Shown here one piece after another: positions 8,377-15,751 of a stretch of DNA of 37,773 nt. The notes beneath the pieces are model-generated. The model was given only the letters and a program-made list of their open reading frames with translations, ran no database searches and had not been told where the DNA came from. Numbering within the stretch: position 1 is the stretch's first letter; the number at the start of each line of letters is the position of its first letter. Source of the stretch: a virus (Duplodnaviria; Caudoviricetes). The stretch covers positions 1-37,773 of IMG/VR virus record IMGVR_UViG_3300043442_000686; one strand, 5' to 3'. The position numbers were made by a program, and so were the translations under genes.

Positions 8377-8949
8377 CTACTTCAACCAAGCAGGTTTCTT
8401 GCCAGCTGTCGCCGCAGGTGCGGCGGTCTTCGCTGCTGGCACCGGTGCCGGTGCTGGTGCGCTGCCTTCGGTTGCCTGCGCCCACAGCTTGTGCCCGTTG
8501 CTGGCTGGATTCGGTGAGCCCCAGTCCGCAATGCTGTTGCGGTCTGCGCGTCCGTCCTTGCCCTTGTCGATGCCGACCTTGATGACGACGCCAGCGCCGT
8601 TAATCGCCTCGATGATGTTCAAAAACTCACCGTCGTTGAACTGCTCGTACGACTCAGGGTGCTCTGGGTTGAACACGCCCTTGCTCTCAAGGATGCGAGT
8701 AATGGCCCCGATACCCATTTGACGCCACACCTCGCTATTGTTGGTGTCGAATGGATTGCAGAGCATACCGAACACGCGCCGGTTGTTGTATTGGCCCCCT
8801 TGGATGGCGAGCTCAATGGAGACATAATCCCCACCGGTGGACTGACTGTTCTTGCGCTCCTTAACGACAAGGATTGCCTGTGCCACTGTCCCTTTCGGGA
8901 TGAGTTCCATCTCGGTTGAGCCGACGTTTGTGCTTTGTGCGTTGAACAT
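8377..8949 (-). CDS. Putative single-stranded DNA-binding protein (DUF669-like)
   Basis: ELIPKGT..., GQYNNRRVF, Ala/Pro linker and KPAWLK tail. Position directly after the AAA_24 ATPase is typical. Confidence 0.6.
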   Translation of the reverse strand: MFNAQSTNVGSTEMELIPKGTVAQAILVVKERKNSQSTGGDYVSIELAIQGGQYNNRRVFGMLCNPFDTNNSEVWRQMGIGAITRILESKGVFNPEHPESYEQFNDGEFLNIIEAINGAGVVIKVGIDKGKDGRADRNSIADWGSPNPASNGHKLWAQATEGSAPAPAPVPAAKTAAPAATAGKKPAWLK

Positions 8950-8964
8950 GGTTTCTGATTTTGG

Positions 8965-9813
8965 TTAGTTTTTCTGAGTGGTGTCGATACGTTTGCCTGC
9001 GCGGATCTTGGCGAGCACCTTACCAAGGTCAGCGGGTTCCTGGAGCTCAAGCGTGCCTGAGCGATCTTTCGCGGGATATCCCCACGGATTCTGTTGGTGA
9101 CAGACAAAAGCGCGGTACTGCGACTTGTCTTCAGCCTCAAAGTTCTGAAGCGTCAGGACGAGGTCAAAGATACCGGGCAACTCGCGACCCGTTTTCGAGC
9201 CTTCGATTTGAACGTCCCAGTACTTGCGTTTGAGCTCATCCTCCTGCTGCTCCAGAATGCCAACGAGCACCACGTTCTTGTGGCAGTGCTGAAGCTGGGT
9301 CACCCAACGGATCATCTCGCGTCCAAGAAGCCCGTAGGCGCCGCGGATGTCGGGTTTACCGGTCTTTTCACTGAAGGCGTCTGGCTGCGTCTGGCACCAC
9401 GCAAAGCACATCCGGCTTGCGACGGTGATGGAGTCAACGAAGAGCGTCTCGTACTGCTTGTGATTGTCCGGTGAGCCGAAGGCTTCGCACACCTGCTTGT
9501 AGGCAGCTGCGCTGTAGCTGCCGTTGGCGTCAGCTGGGTCAGGCCCGCCAAGCCAGAGAGCGATGGCTTTTGCCAACTCCCACGGGTGCGCCGCCATGTC
9601 GTTGGACGTTGCCCGGATGTCCAGGACATCCCCCTTCCAGTCTTTGCCAAGCGCCAGCGTACCGGCCTCAAGGTCAACGAACAGGGTGGTCTTGGCGTCC
9701 AGCGTGCGGGCTTGGTAGGTCTTGCCGACACCGGCAGGGCCGAACACAACCGCTTTGACGCAGTCCGACGTGCGCTTGAGACGCTCGTCCGCTTTGATGA
9801 TTTTGAGCGCCAT
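8965..9813 (-). CDS. AAA_24 / Sak4-like ATPase (recombination)
   Basis: GPAGVGKT, FVDLEAG, LFVDSIT, ELPGIFD, AKDRSG. Confidence 0.85.
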   Translation of the reverse strand: MALKIIKADERLKRTSDCVKAVVFGPAGVGKTYQARTLDAKTTLFVDLEAGTLALGKDWKGDVLDIRATSNDMAAHPWELAKAIALWLGGPDPADANGSYSAAAYKQVCEAFGSPDNHKQYETLFVDSITVASRMCFAWCQTQPDAFSEKTGKPDIRGAYGLLGREMIRWVTQLQHCHKNVVLVGILEQQEDELKRKYWDVQIEGSKTGRELPGIFDLVLTLQNFEAEDKSQYRAFVCHQQNPWGYPAKDRSGTLELQEPADLGKVLAKIRAGKRIDTTQKN

Positions 9814-10211
9814 TACTTGAAGGAGATTTTGGGTTCGCTGTACTTGGTTGTGCGGGCGTCGAGAACGCGCTTGAGGACGCTCTCGTCCCCAATCTTCTCA
9901 ATCATCCGCGCCGGTACGCTCATCTTGGTGGCGATGAGCTGGCGAGCGTCATCGAGCGGTAGCGCCTCCCAGAGGGATTGCAGCTTGCCCTGGTCCCAGA
10001 GGTAAGTTGCCTTAACCTCGTAGGTGAGCTTGACGTCGTCAACCGTTGTCGTCAGTTCCCCGTGTCCCTTGCCGGACTCGGCCAGCTTGTTCTGGAGGTC
10101 AGCGCCGACCATGTTGAGTGCAGCCTGCTCCAGTGCGGTTATCTCGTCCTCAAGAGAGGCGATTTTGGTGTTCCGCTTCGATATCTCGAAGCGTATTTGT
10201 TTCAGTGTCAT
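9813..10211 (-). CDS. Hypothetical phage protein (conserved neighbour of the AAA_24 module)
   Basis: N-terminal coiled coil, WDQGKL motif, TAATG coupling to the next gene. Confidence 0.75.
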   Translation of the reverse strand: MTLKQIRFEISKRNTKIASLEDEITALEQAALNMVGADLQNKLAESGKGHGELTTTVDDVKLTYEVKATYLWDQGKLQSLWEALPLDDARQLIATKMSVPARMIEKIGDESVLKRVLDARTTKYSEPKISFK

Positions 10212-10449
10212 TTTGTTGTAGTTCAGTTTTCAGTCTTGGGCACATATCTTCCAGACGGAGACTCCAGCCTTCCTTATGCGCGATGGAGACCAACGCGCAA
10301 AACTTATCCAGCGGGATTTTCCCCTTCTCGATCCACTTGGCCAGCGTTCTCGGCTGAACAAGCACACCGTGGAAGAGCAACTTCTTCCAAAGGTTTTTGA
10401 CGCCTCCGAAGCTGTTGACCACGCGCCGACCGTTGATGGTGTAACTCAT
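10150..10449 (-). CDS. Cro-like helix-turn-helix regulator (putative)
   Basis: VVNSFGGVKNL...RTLAKWIEKGKIP resembles Cro/YdaS HTH. First gene of the replication operon, with a palindrome in its promoter. Confidence 0.55.
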   Translation of the reverse strand: MSYTINGRRVVNSFGGVKNLWKKLLFHGVLVQPRTLAKWIEKGKIPLDKFCALVSIAHKEGWSLRLEDMCPRLKTELQQNDTETNTLRDIEAEHQNRLS

Positions 10450-10459
10450 GGCGCCGATG

Positions 10460-10488
10460 ACTGTGCGCGAAAATCGTTCGCGCTGCAA
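10460..10488 (-). promoter_or_regulatory. Putative sigma70-type promoter with operator palindrome
   Basis: Minus strand TTGCAG-N17-CACAGT, 10 nt before ATG 10449. The spacer holds GCGCGAA-N5-TTCGCGC (10465-10483). Confidence 0.5.
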
Positions 10489-10538
10489 TAGGTTTTTTCA
10501 TTTCGTCGTAAGACGCTCTGCCGTAACGTCCAACGCCC

Positions 10539-10772
10539 ATGGAACCCGTCTCCTCCAGCGAACTTGTTGCACGATTCACCGGTATTCACAACGCTCCCGC
10601 GGGGCTTGTGACGCTTGCTCCGAAGGTTTACTCCGAGTCAGGCCCGATTGCGACCATGGGAAGCGCCATGCCGCCGGACACGATTATCCCCAAAGGCGCA
10701 GGGATTTACGACGAGAATGGGATGCTGCCAACCATTAAAGGCAAAGGCCTTGAGTTCATCGCTTACGCTTAG
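10539..10772 (+). CDS. Hypothetical protein (77 aa), divergent from the Cro-like gene
   Basis: Fills otherwise empty space, has a cccATG start context like other genes, converges on the endolysin. Confidence 0.55.
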   Translation: MEPVSSSELVARFTGIHNAPAGLVTLAPKVYSESGPIATMGSAMPPDTIIPKGAGIYDENGMLPTIKGKGLEFIAYA

Positions 10773-11382
10773 GCTCAAGTGCCTTCTCGAACAACTCGGC
10801 TTCTGCATCGCGCCGACGTTGTAAACCCTTGGTTTCTGGCCACAACCGTTTCATCGACCGCATCAGCGCCGGTACGTCGTAGAACCGCTGGTCGCGCATA
10901 GCGTTCTGGATTCCAAGCATTTCGGAGCGTCTATCTCCTGAGAGCGCCGTGCCGCGGTTAAACACCAGCGAGATGAGTGCGTCTCGTGCTTCATCCGGTA
11001 AGTCCTCGGCTTGTGGGTAGATGCGTAGCATCTGGAGGTAGAACTTCGGCACCGTGTTGTTCTGGAAGACCTCAACGGCTTTCGTCCACAAGATCACGAT
11101 GCTTCGCATGGCTGGAGAAGCGTGCAGGAGTTCGCGGGCAGCCTTGGCTTTGACTCCGAGGGCGGCGGTGAGCGCAAGGTAGTCAGATTCGGGGAGAAGT
11201 TGCTCCCACGCCTCTTGGAACTGTTGCGGCGTCGTGTAGCCCAAGTCGTAGCCAATACCGATGGTCACTCCGCTTTGCTCCCCGGGCCACGTCGGGCTCT
11301 GAAGGAACTTGCGGTAGTACTCCTCACCGCCGCCCACCTCAAAGTCGAGGATGAGCTTTAGTCCTGCGTCGGAGAGTTTCAT
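10756..11382 (-). CDS. Endolysin (muramidase, pesticin-C/GH24-like)
   Basis: ILDFEVG, SGVTIGIGYDLG, LISLVFNRG, GLQRRRDAEAELF. Start moved to ATG 11382. Confidence 0.88.
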   Translation of the reverse strand: MKLSDAGLKLILDFEVGGGEEYYRKFLQSPTWPGEQSGVTIGIGYDLGYTTPQQFQEAWEQLLPESDYLALTAALGVKAKAARELLHASPAMRSIVILWTKAVEVFQNNTVPKFYLQMLRIYPQAEDLPDEARDALISLVFNRGTALSGDRRSEMLGIQNAMRDQRFYDVPALMRSMKRLWPETKGLQRRRDAEAELFEKALEPKRKR

Positions 11383-11383
11383 C

Positions 11384-11569
11384 TCAGTGCCGCTCGCCCC
11401 CAAAGCGTTCCGCCAGCTCGCTTACCCGTTTCCACAGCTCCTTACGGTCGTCCTCGCACTCGCGGATCTTCTGCGAGAGATACCAGATGGCGATGGCCAT
11501 TGCACACGCCAACGGACCTTGAGCAACAAGTTGGTTCACCATGGGTTCAAACGAGATGTCGGCAATCAC
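11384..11569 (-). CDS. Holin-like protein (1 TM plus coiled coil)
   Basis: QGPLACAMAIAIWYL hydrophobic segment, charged tail, directly upstream of the endolysin. Confidence 0.6.
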   Translation of the reverse strand: MIADISFEPMVNQLVAQGPLACAMAIAIWYLSQKIRECEDDRKELWKRVSELAERFGGERH

Positions 11570-11733
11570 GGTTTTTCTTTCCTGAAGATGTTGATGGCTG
11601 AGTAAACGCTCACGCCGGCGGTGAGGATAGCGTCCGCTTGGTCAGGCGCAATCTTAACTCCGAAGACCGTAAGGAGGCTGATGATGCCGCGCCATGTGGA
11701 TGGCTCCATTAAACGAGCGAGGATGTATTTCAT
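11566..11733 (-). CDS. Putative holin (55 aa, 2 TM)
   Basis: Hand translation: MKYILARLMEPSTWRGIISLLTVFGVKIAPDQADAILTAGVSVYSAINIFRKEKP. ATGA/GTGA overlaps on both sides. Confidence 0.7.
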   Translation of the reverse strand: MKYILARLMEPSTWRGIISLLTVFGVKIAPDQADAILTAGVSVYSAINIFRKEKP

Positions 11734-12026
11734 GGGTGTGTTGTGTGCTTTGCGATGAGTGCCACGGCAATTACCGCAGCGGTTGGGTAAACGAAGTCAG
11801 TGATGCCCTTAAGCGTCCACGCACGGGGCTGTAAACCGCCCCAGAATGGCATATTCGCACGCCGCCCACCGTAGTTGTGCTCGATGTTGCGGTACTCGGC
11901 TTGAGCGTACTCGCGCCCTATGAAGTACGCCGATCCAGCCGCCGCTCCAGTCCACCAATTGCCGGTCACCATGGCGATGACCGACTGGATGGCGAGAGCG
12001 ATGAGCGTGTGGGCGAGGTGGTGCAT
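11730..12026 (-). CDS. Conserved-looking phage membrane protein (98 aa)
   Basis: Hydrophobic N- and C-termini around REYAQAEYR..GGRRANMPFWGG. Confidence 0.7.
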   Translation of the reverse strand: MHHLAHTLIALAIQSVIAMVTGNWWTGAAAGSAYFIGREYAQAEYRNIEHNYGGRRANMPFWGGLQPRAWTLKGITDFVYPTAAVIAVALIAKHTTHP

Positions 12027-12030
12027 GGGG

Positions 12031-13380
12031 TTAGCTTGCTTGGTTTGTCGAAAGCAAGGAGAGGCGAATCTCTACAGCGGCACCAATCCGATTTTCGACG
12101 TACAACCTTCCATCATTGTTGGCGCTAACTGTGATGCGGTTGTCTGGCCCTGTTGTGCCAGTCAAAGGGCCTGTTTGCATATTGAAGTACACGTCTCCAG
12201 CGTACTTATTGATTGCAGGTGAGCCTCCGCCTGATGCTTTGTAGACCTTGAACCATCCAAGACCGTTTCCGTTTTGAGAGTTCGAGGCCAGAGTTACAAG
12301 ACCGCAAAGGTACGCGCCAGCGTCATTCGGGTTGATGACATAAACCGATGTTGCGGTGTCGTCTGCCAGCGAAAGCACTGGTGTGCTATTGAATCCAGCC
12401 TCGTCAACGTAGGAGAATCCGCGAGCGTACTTGATGAACTCGCCCGTGGAGTCAACTTGACGGTCAATGTCGTAACTGATTGCTGTTGCCTCTGTGACAA
12501 GCACGCCTCCCTCTGGAACCGGATTGCAGTAGAAGGCAACGATTCGCGTCAGCTTGGAGCGTTCAATCTTTATGCCGATACGACCACTGAGCACGCCAAA
12601 TGCGTCAACAGCCAGATGGCCGAACGTCATCGAGTAGACACCCTGATTTGTTACTGCGCTTGGGCCGCCAATCTGAACTCCGATTGCGTTGTTTGCGGAT
12701 ATTGCAACACGCACATACCCTGGAAAGATGTTGTTATCGGTCCAGTTCACAAAGTTCAGCCCAAAAACTCTGCTGTCTTGAATGAATACGCTTCCAAAGG
12801 TGTTGAGCGTTACAACCTGCGGTGTGGCATCGTATCCGGACGTTACTCCGCCAGTCTCGATTCCGGTCCCGCAGGTTCCCTGAATATCGATGCTGCCGAA
12901 GACGCACTGAGTGACATTTCTTTTCGTCAACGCGCTCTCGCCACCTGTGCTGTCTGCGTAAATGGTGATGGCTTTGCTTGTGGTGCCGCTCATGTTGAGC
13001 GTTATGACATCAGCGTAGATGTTATGGGCACTGTGGATGGCAAGGCCAACGCCAGTAAATGAAGCACCCACATCAAGACGCATTCCCTCCCATCGCACAT
13101 TTTGTACAACCGTTGTTTGGTCGGTTTGCACGGCAACACCATTGCGCGGACCTGTATAAATCAACTTTCCAGCAGGGCCGAAGCTTAAGTTGGAATTGTT
13201 CTTGAGCGTGATTGTAGACGCATGGGCGCACGGAACATCAATCAGCACTGTTCCACCGCCATTGATTGCGGCTTGAATCGCCGCAGAATCGTCTGTAACG
13301 CCATTGCCAACAGCTCCGAACTGAATAACAGAGATAATCTCGTTCAGCTTGTCTGCGTTCTGAAATGCTTTGCTGCTCAT
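12031..13380 (-). CDS. Tailspike 2 / depolymerase (pectate-lyase-like beta-helix), lacking a head-binding domain
   Basis: ISVIQFGAVGNGVTDDSAAIQAA at residue ~16, followed by beta-rich repeats. Confidence 0.8.
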   Translation of the reverse strand: MSSKAFQNADKLNEIISVIQFGAVGNGVTDDSAAIQAAINGGGTVLIDVPCAHASTITLKNNSNLSFGPAGKLIYTGPRNGVAVQTDQTTVVQNVRWEGMRLDVGASFTGVGLAIHSAHNIYADVITLNMSGTTSKAITIYADSTGGESALTKRNVTQCVFGSIDIQGTCGTGIETGGVTSGYDATPQVVTLNTFGSVFIQDSRVFGLNFVNWTDNNIFPGYVRVAISANNAIGVQIGGPSAVTNQGVYSMTFGHLAVDAFGVLSGRIGIKIERSKLTRIVAFYCNPVPEGGVLVTEATAISYDIDRQVDSTGEFIKYARGFSYVDEAGFNSTPVLSLADDTATSVYVINPNDAGAYLCGLVTLASNSQNGNGLGWFKVYKASGGGSPAINKYAGDVYFNMQTGPLTGTTGPDNRITVSANNDGRLYVENRIGAAVEIRLSLLSTNQAS

Positions 13381-13559
13381 AGGTGTGTGGTGTGGTTGCT
13401 TTTGATACTTTCCAGAATCGCCATTTGCTCGTTGTGCTGATGCTGTAAAATCATCGACTGAAGCTCTATCACTTGCAGCTTCAGATTGGCATTTTCGATG
13501 CGGAGTTTCTTAATCTGATTCTCGGTGCCTTCGCCAATTTGTACTCCAGATTCTTCCAT
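13377..13559 (-). CDS. Small coiled-coil protein between the tailspikes (possible chaperone/adaptor)
   Basis: IKKLRIENANLKLQVIELQ heptads. The ATG lies 2 nt after the tailspike-1 stop, and there is an ATGA overlap with tailspike 2. Confidence 0.5.
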   Translation of the reverse strand: MEESGVQIGEGTENQIKKLRIENANLKLQVIELQSMILQHQHNEQMAILESIKSNHTTHL

Positions 13560-13561
13560 AA

Positions 13562-15745
13562 TTACGCTAGTGCTGCTGTCCATTTCCATCCGCCGTTGTA
13601 TACGCCAATCTTATTGTTTGCCCTATCGTAAATCATAGGAATTGTGCCAGTTAGCGTATTTGCCGGAACTCCAGAAGCAACACCGTTGACAGTCGGTATG
13701 TATGTAAAGCCAGCCGTTGCGGATGTTGCCAACTCAGTGCCAAGAGAACGCAGATAGACATCGCCCTGAGTTCCGATTCGCATACGTGTATTCAAGCCGT
13801 CTGAACCACGTGTAGCCAAATCAATGGAGCTGCGAATGTCACCAGCGGCAGGCGTTCCGTATGTCTGTCCGTAGATTTGTGAACCAACAACGAACGTAGA
13901 CCCATCAGAACCTGCGAATTGAAATATTCCGAGAATATCGCTGGTGTTTACAATCGTATGCGATCCAACAGTGGCGTTTCTGGATTTGTTTAGAGTTGAT
14001 GTGGCTGGATTTGCGTCAGCCGAAAAACGCCCAACCTGCATGACGCCGGCTGCGCTTTGAGAGTTGGCATTCCCATTTCCATTTATTGAAAAAAGAGAAA
14101 CGCCAGAACTGTTTTCTATTCTAAAGATGTCAGCAGCTTGCGTTGCAGAGTTTGCCCTTCCAACAAGTGCTGAGTTAGTGTCTTGGTTGCACTGCGCATA
14201 AATCTTGTAGGACGAAACACCTACCGTCGAACCAATCGCGATATTTCCAGCGTTTGCCCTGATAAGAATAGCTGCGTTACTGTGCGTTCCTCGGATATCC
14301 ATGAACGTAGTCGCATTCGAGTCATCACGAATGCAGACGCCTGATACAGGGCCGGTCTTTGCTCCAGTTACCTGCCCGTTAAAAGCGAGGCCAACTTCAA
14401 ACTGTTGTCCAAACGGATTGCCTAAAGAGATGCCAACCCCCGAGTCAGCATTTCCAATACACGAAACCCACAGGCCAGTGCCTTGACTGTACCCAGTAGG
14501 ATTGTAGGTCGTTACCACGCCGCCGTAGTTTTGCGTAGTAAACTCGCCAGCAGTAGCTCTGCCGGTAGAGGTGTCCCTGCGCCCTGTGGCAAATATCCCG
14601 ATTGCTGTTCCTTGTCCTACTCCATTGAAGCGACCAAGACCATACAGACCGCACGCATCTCCTTGAACATTAGTCGGAATGGCGTTGTAAGAAGATTTTG
14701 CCACACCCAGCACCCCAACCGTCTGCCCCTCGTTATTCACGGTGCCTGCGCAAATGCCCGTGATTGCTGCCATTTCATCGCAAAGATCTGATGAACCAGG
14801 TTTCGGAATATTCGTTGTGCGCGATACTTTAATTGCTGGCCGGCCTACCGTGTCTGGCGTTGCCGTAGACCCCAATCGCAAATCAAATATTTGCCCACTT
14901 ATTCCTGTAGTGTAGGCAAATAGTTCTTGTCCTCCTGCTGAGTAAGTGTTTGTCCAAGTTACATTTGTATCAAACAGAAAATATCCTGCAACTGATGATG
15001 TTAAATAATAGGAACCAGTTGGAACAAAGATACGAGAACTGGTTGCAGCAGCAGCCGCGATAAACGCCGCAGTGTCGTCTGTCACTCCATCCCCAACCGC
15101 CCCAAAGTCCTTCACGCTGACGGTCTCTGCCAGCTTCGCCTCGACGTTCGTGAACACCGAGTCCACCGCAGGCAGCTTGTAGGTGACGTCTTGAGCGTCG
15201 ATGTTTGCGGCGGTGTCGTAGTTGTAGCCGATGTCGAAGACGAACTCGTCCCCGTTGTCAGCCCCAGCCGTCAGGGTAATCTGGCTGTAGCCGGTCTCGG
15301 TGTAGTCTTGACCTACGATGAGCCGCAGCCCGTTGCGGTAGACGAACAGGTTGTTCGTCCCAGGGATGTAGGTGCGGCTGAGGTTGAACACCGTCTGCCC
15401 CGAGATGGCGGTGATGACCTGCTGGTAGGTGCTGCCTGCGCTTGTGCTGGGGTCGCGGTAGTTGAGGTCAGAGAACACCAGTGCGCCCTTGTTGTTGGTG
15501 ACGCGCAGGGAGTAGGTGACGAAGGCCGTGTAGATGCGCCCTGGGGAGCCGTTGCGCGAGAGGTAGCCGTTGATGGTGCGGATGGGCTGCGCAGCCGGCT
15601 GGGTGAGGGCCGCGTCCCAGTAGACCGGTATTGGGTCTGTGACAGGGTTGAGGTTCGCGCTGCCGACGTAGACGTTGCCGTTGTTGAGCGGAGAGCCGTC
15701 GGTGTCGTTGAACGACGGGAAAGGTGACTCGATGATGTATGGCAT
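13562..15745 (-). CDS. Tailspike/tail fibre 1 with P22-type head-binding domain
   Basis: N-terminal PFPSFNDTDGSPLNNGNVYVG..NP...QPIRTINGY, then VSVKDFGAVGDGVTDDTAAF and a Gly/Thr/Ser-rich beta body. Confidence 0.85.
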   Translation of the reverse strand: MPYIIESPFPSFNDTDGSPLNNGNVYVGSANLNPVTDPIPVYWDAALTQPAAQPIRTINGYLSRNGSPGRIYTAFVTYSLRVTNNKGALVFSDLNYRDPSTSAGSTYQQVITAISGQTVFNLSRTYIPGTNNLFVYRNGLRLIVGQDYTETGYSQITLTAGADNGDEFVFDIGYNYDTAANIDAQDVTYKLPAVDSVFTNVEAKLAETVSVKDFGAVGDGVTDDTAAFIAAAAATSSRIFVPTGSYYLTSSVAGYFLFDTNVTWTNTYSAGGQELFAYTTGISGQIFDLRLGSTATPDTVGRPAIKVSRTTNIPKPGSSDLCDEMAAITGICAGTVNNEGQTVGVLGVAKSSYNAIPTNVQGDACGLYGLGRFNGVGQGTAIGIFATGRRDTSTGRATAGEFTTQNYGGVVTTYNPTGYSQGTGLWVSCIGNADSGVGISLGNPFGQQFEVGLAFNGQVTGAKTGPVSGVCIRDDSNATTFMDIRGTHSNAAILIRANAGNIAIGSTVGVSSYKIYAQCNQDTNSALVGRANSATQAADIFRIENSSGVSLFSINGNGNANSQSAAGVMQVGRFSADANPATSTLNKSRNATVGSHTIVNTSDILGIFQFAGSDGSTFVVGSQIYGQTYGTPAAGDIRSSIDLATRGSDGLNTRMRIGTQGDVYLRSLGTELATSATAGFTYIPTVNGVASGVPANTLTGTIPMIYDRANNKIGVYNGGWKWTAALA

Positions 15746-15751
15746 GGTGTG

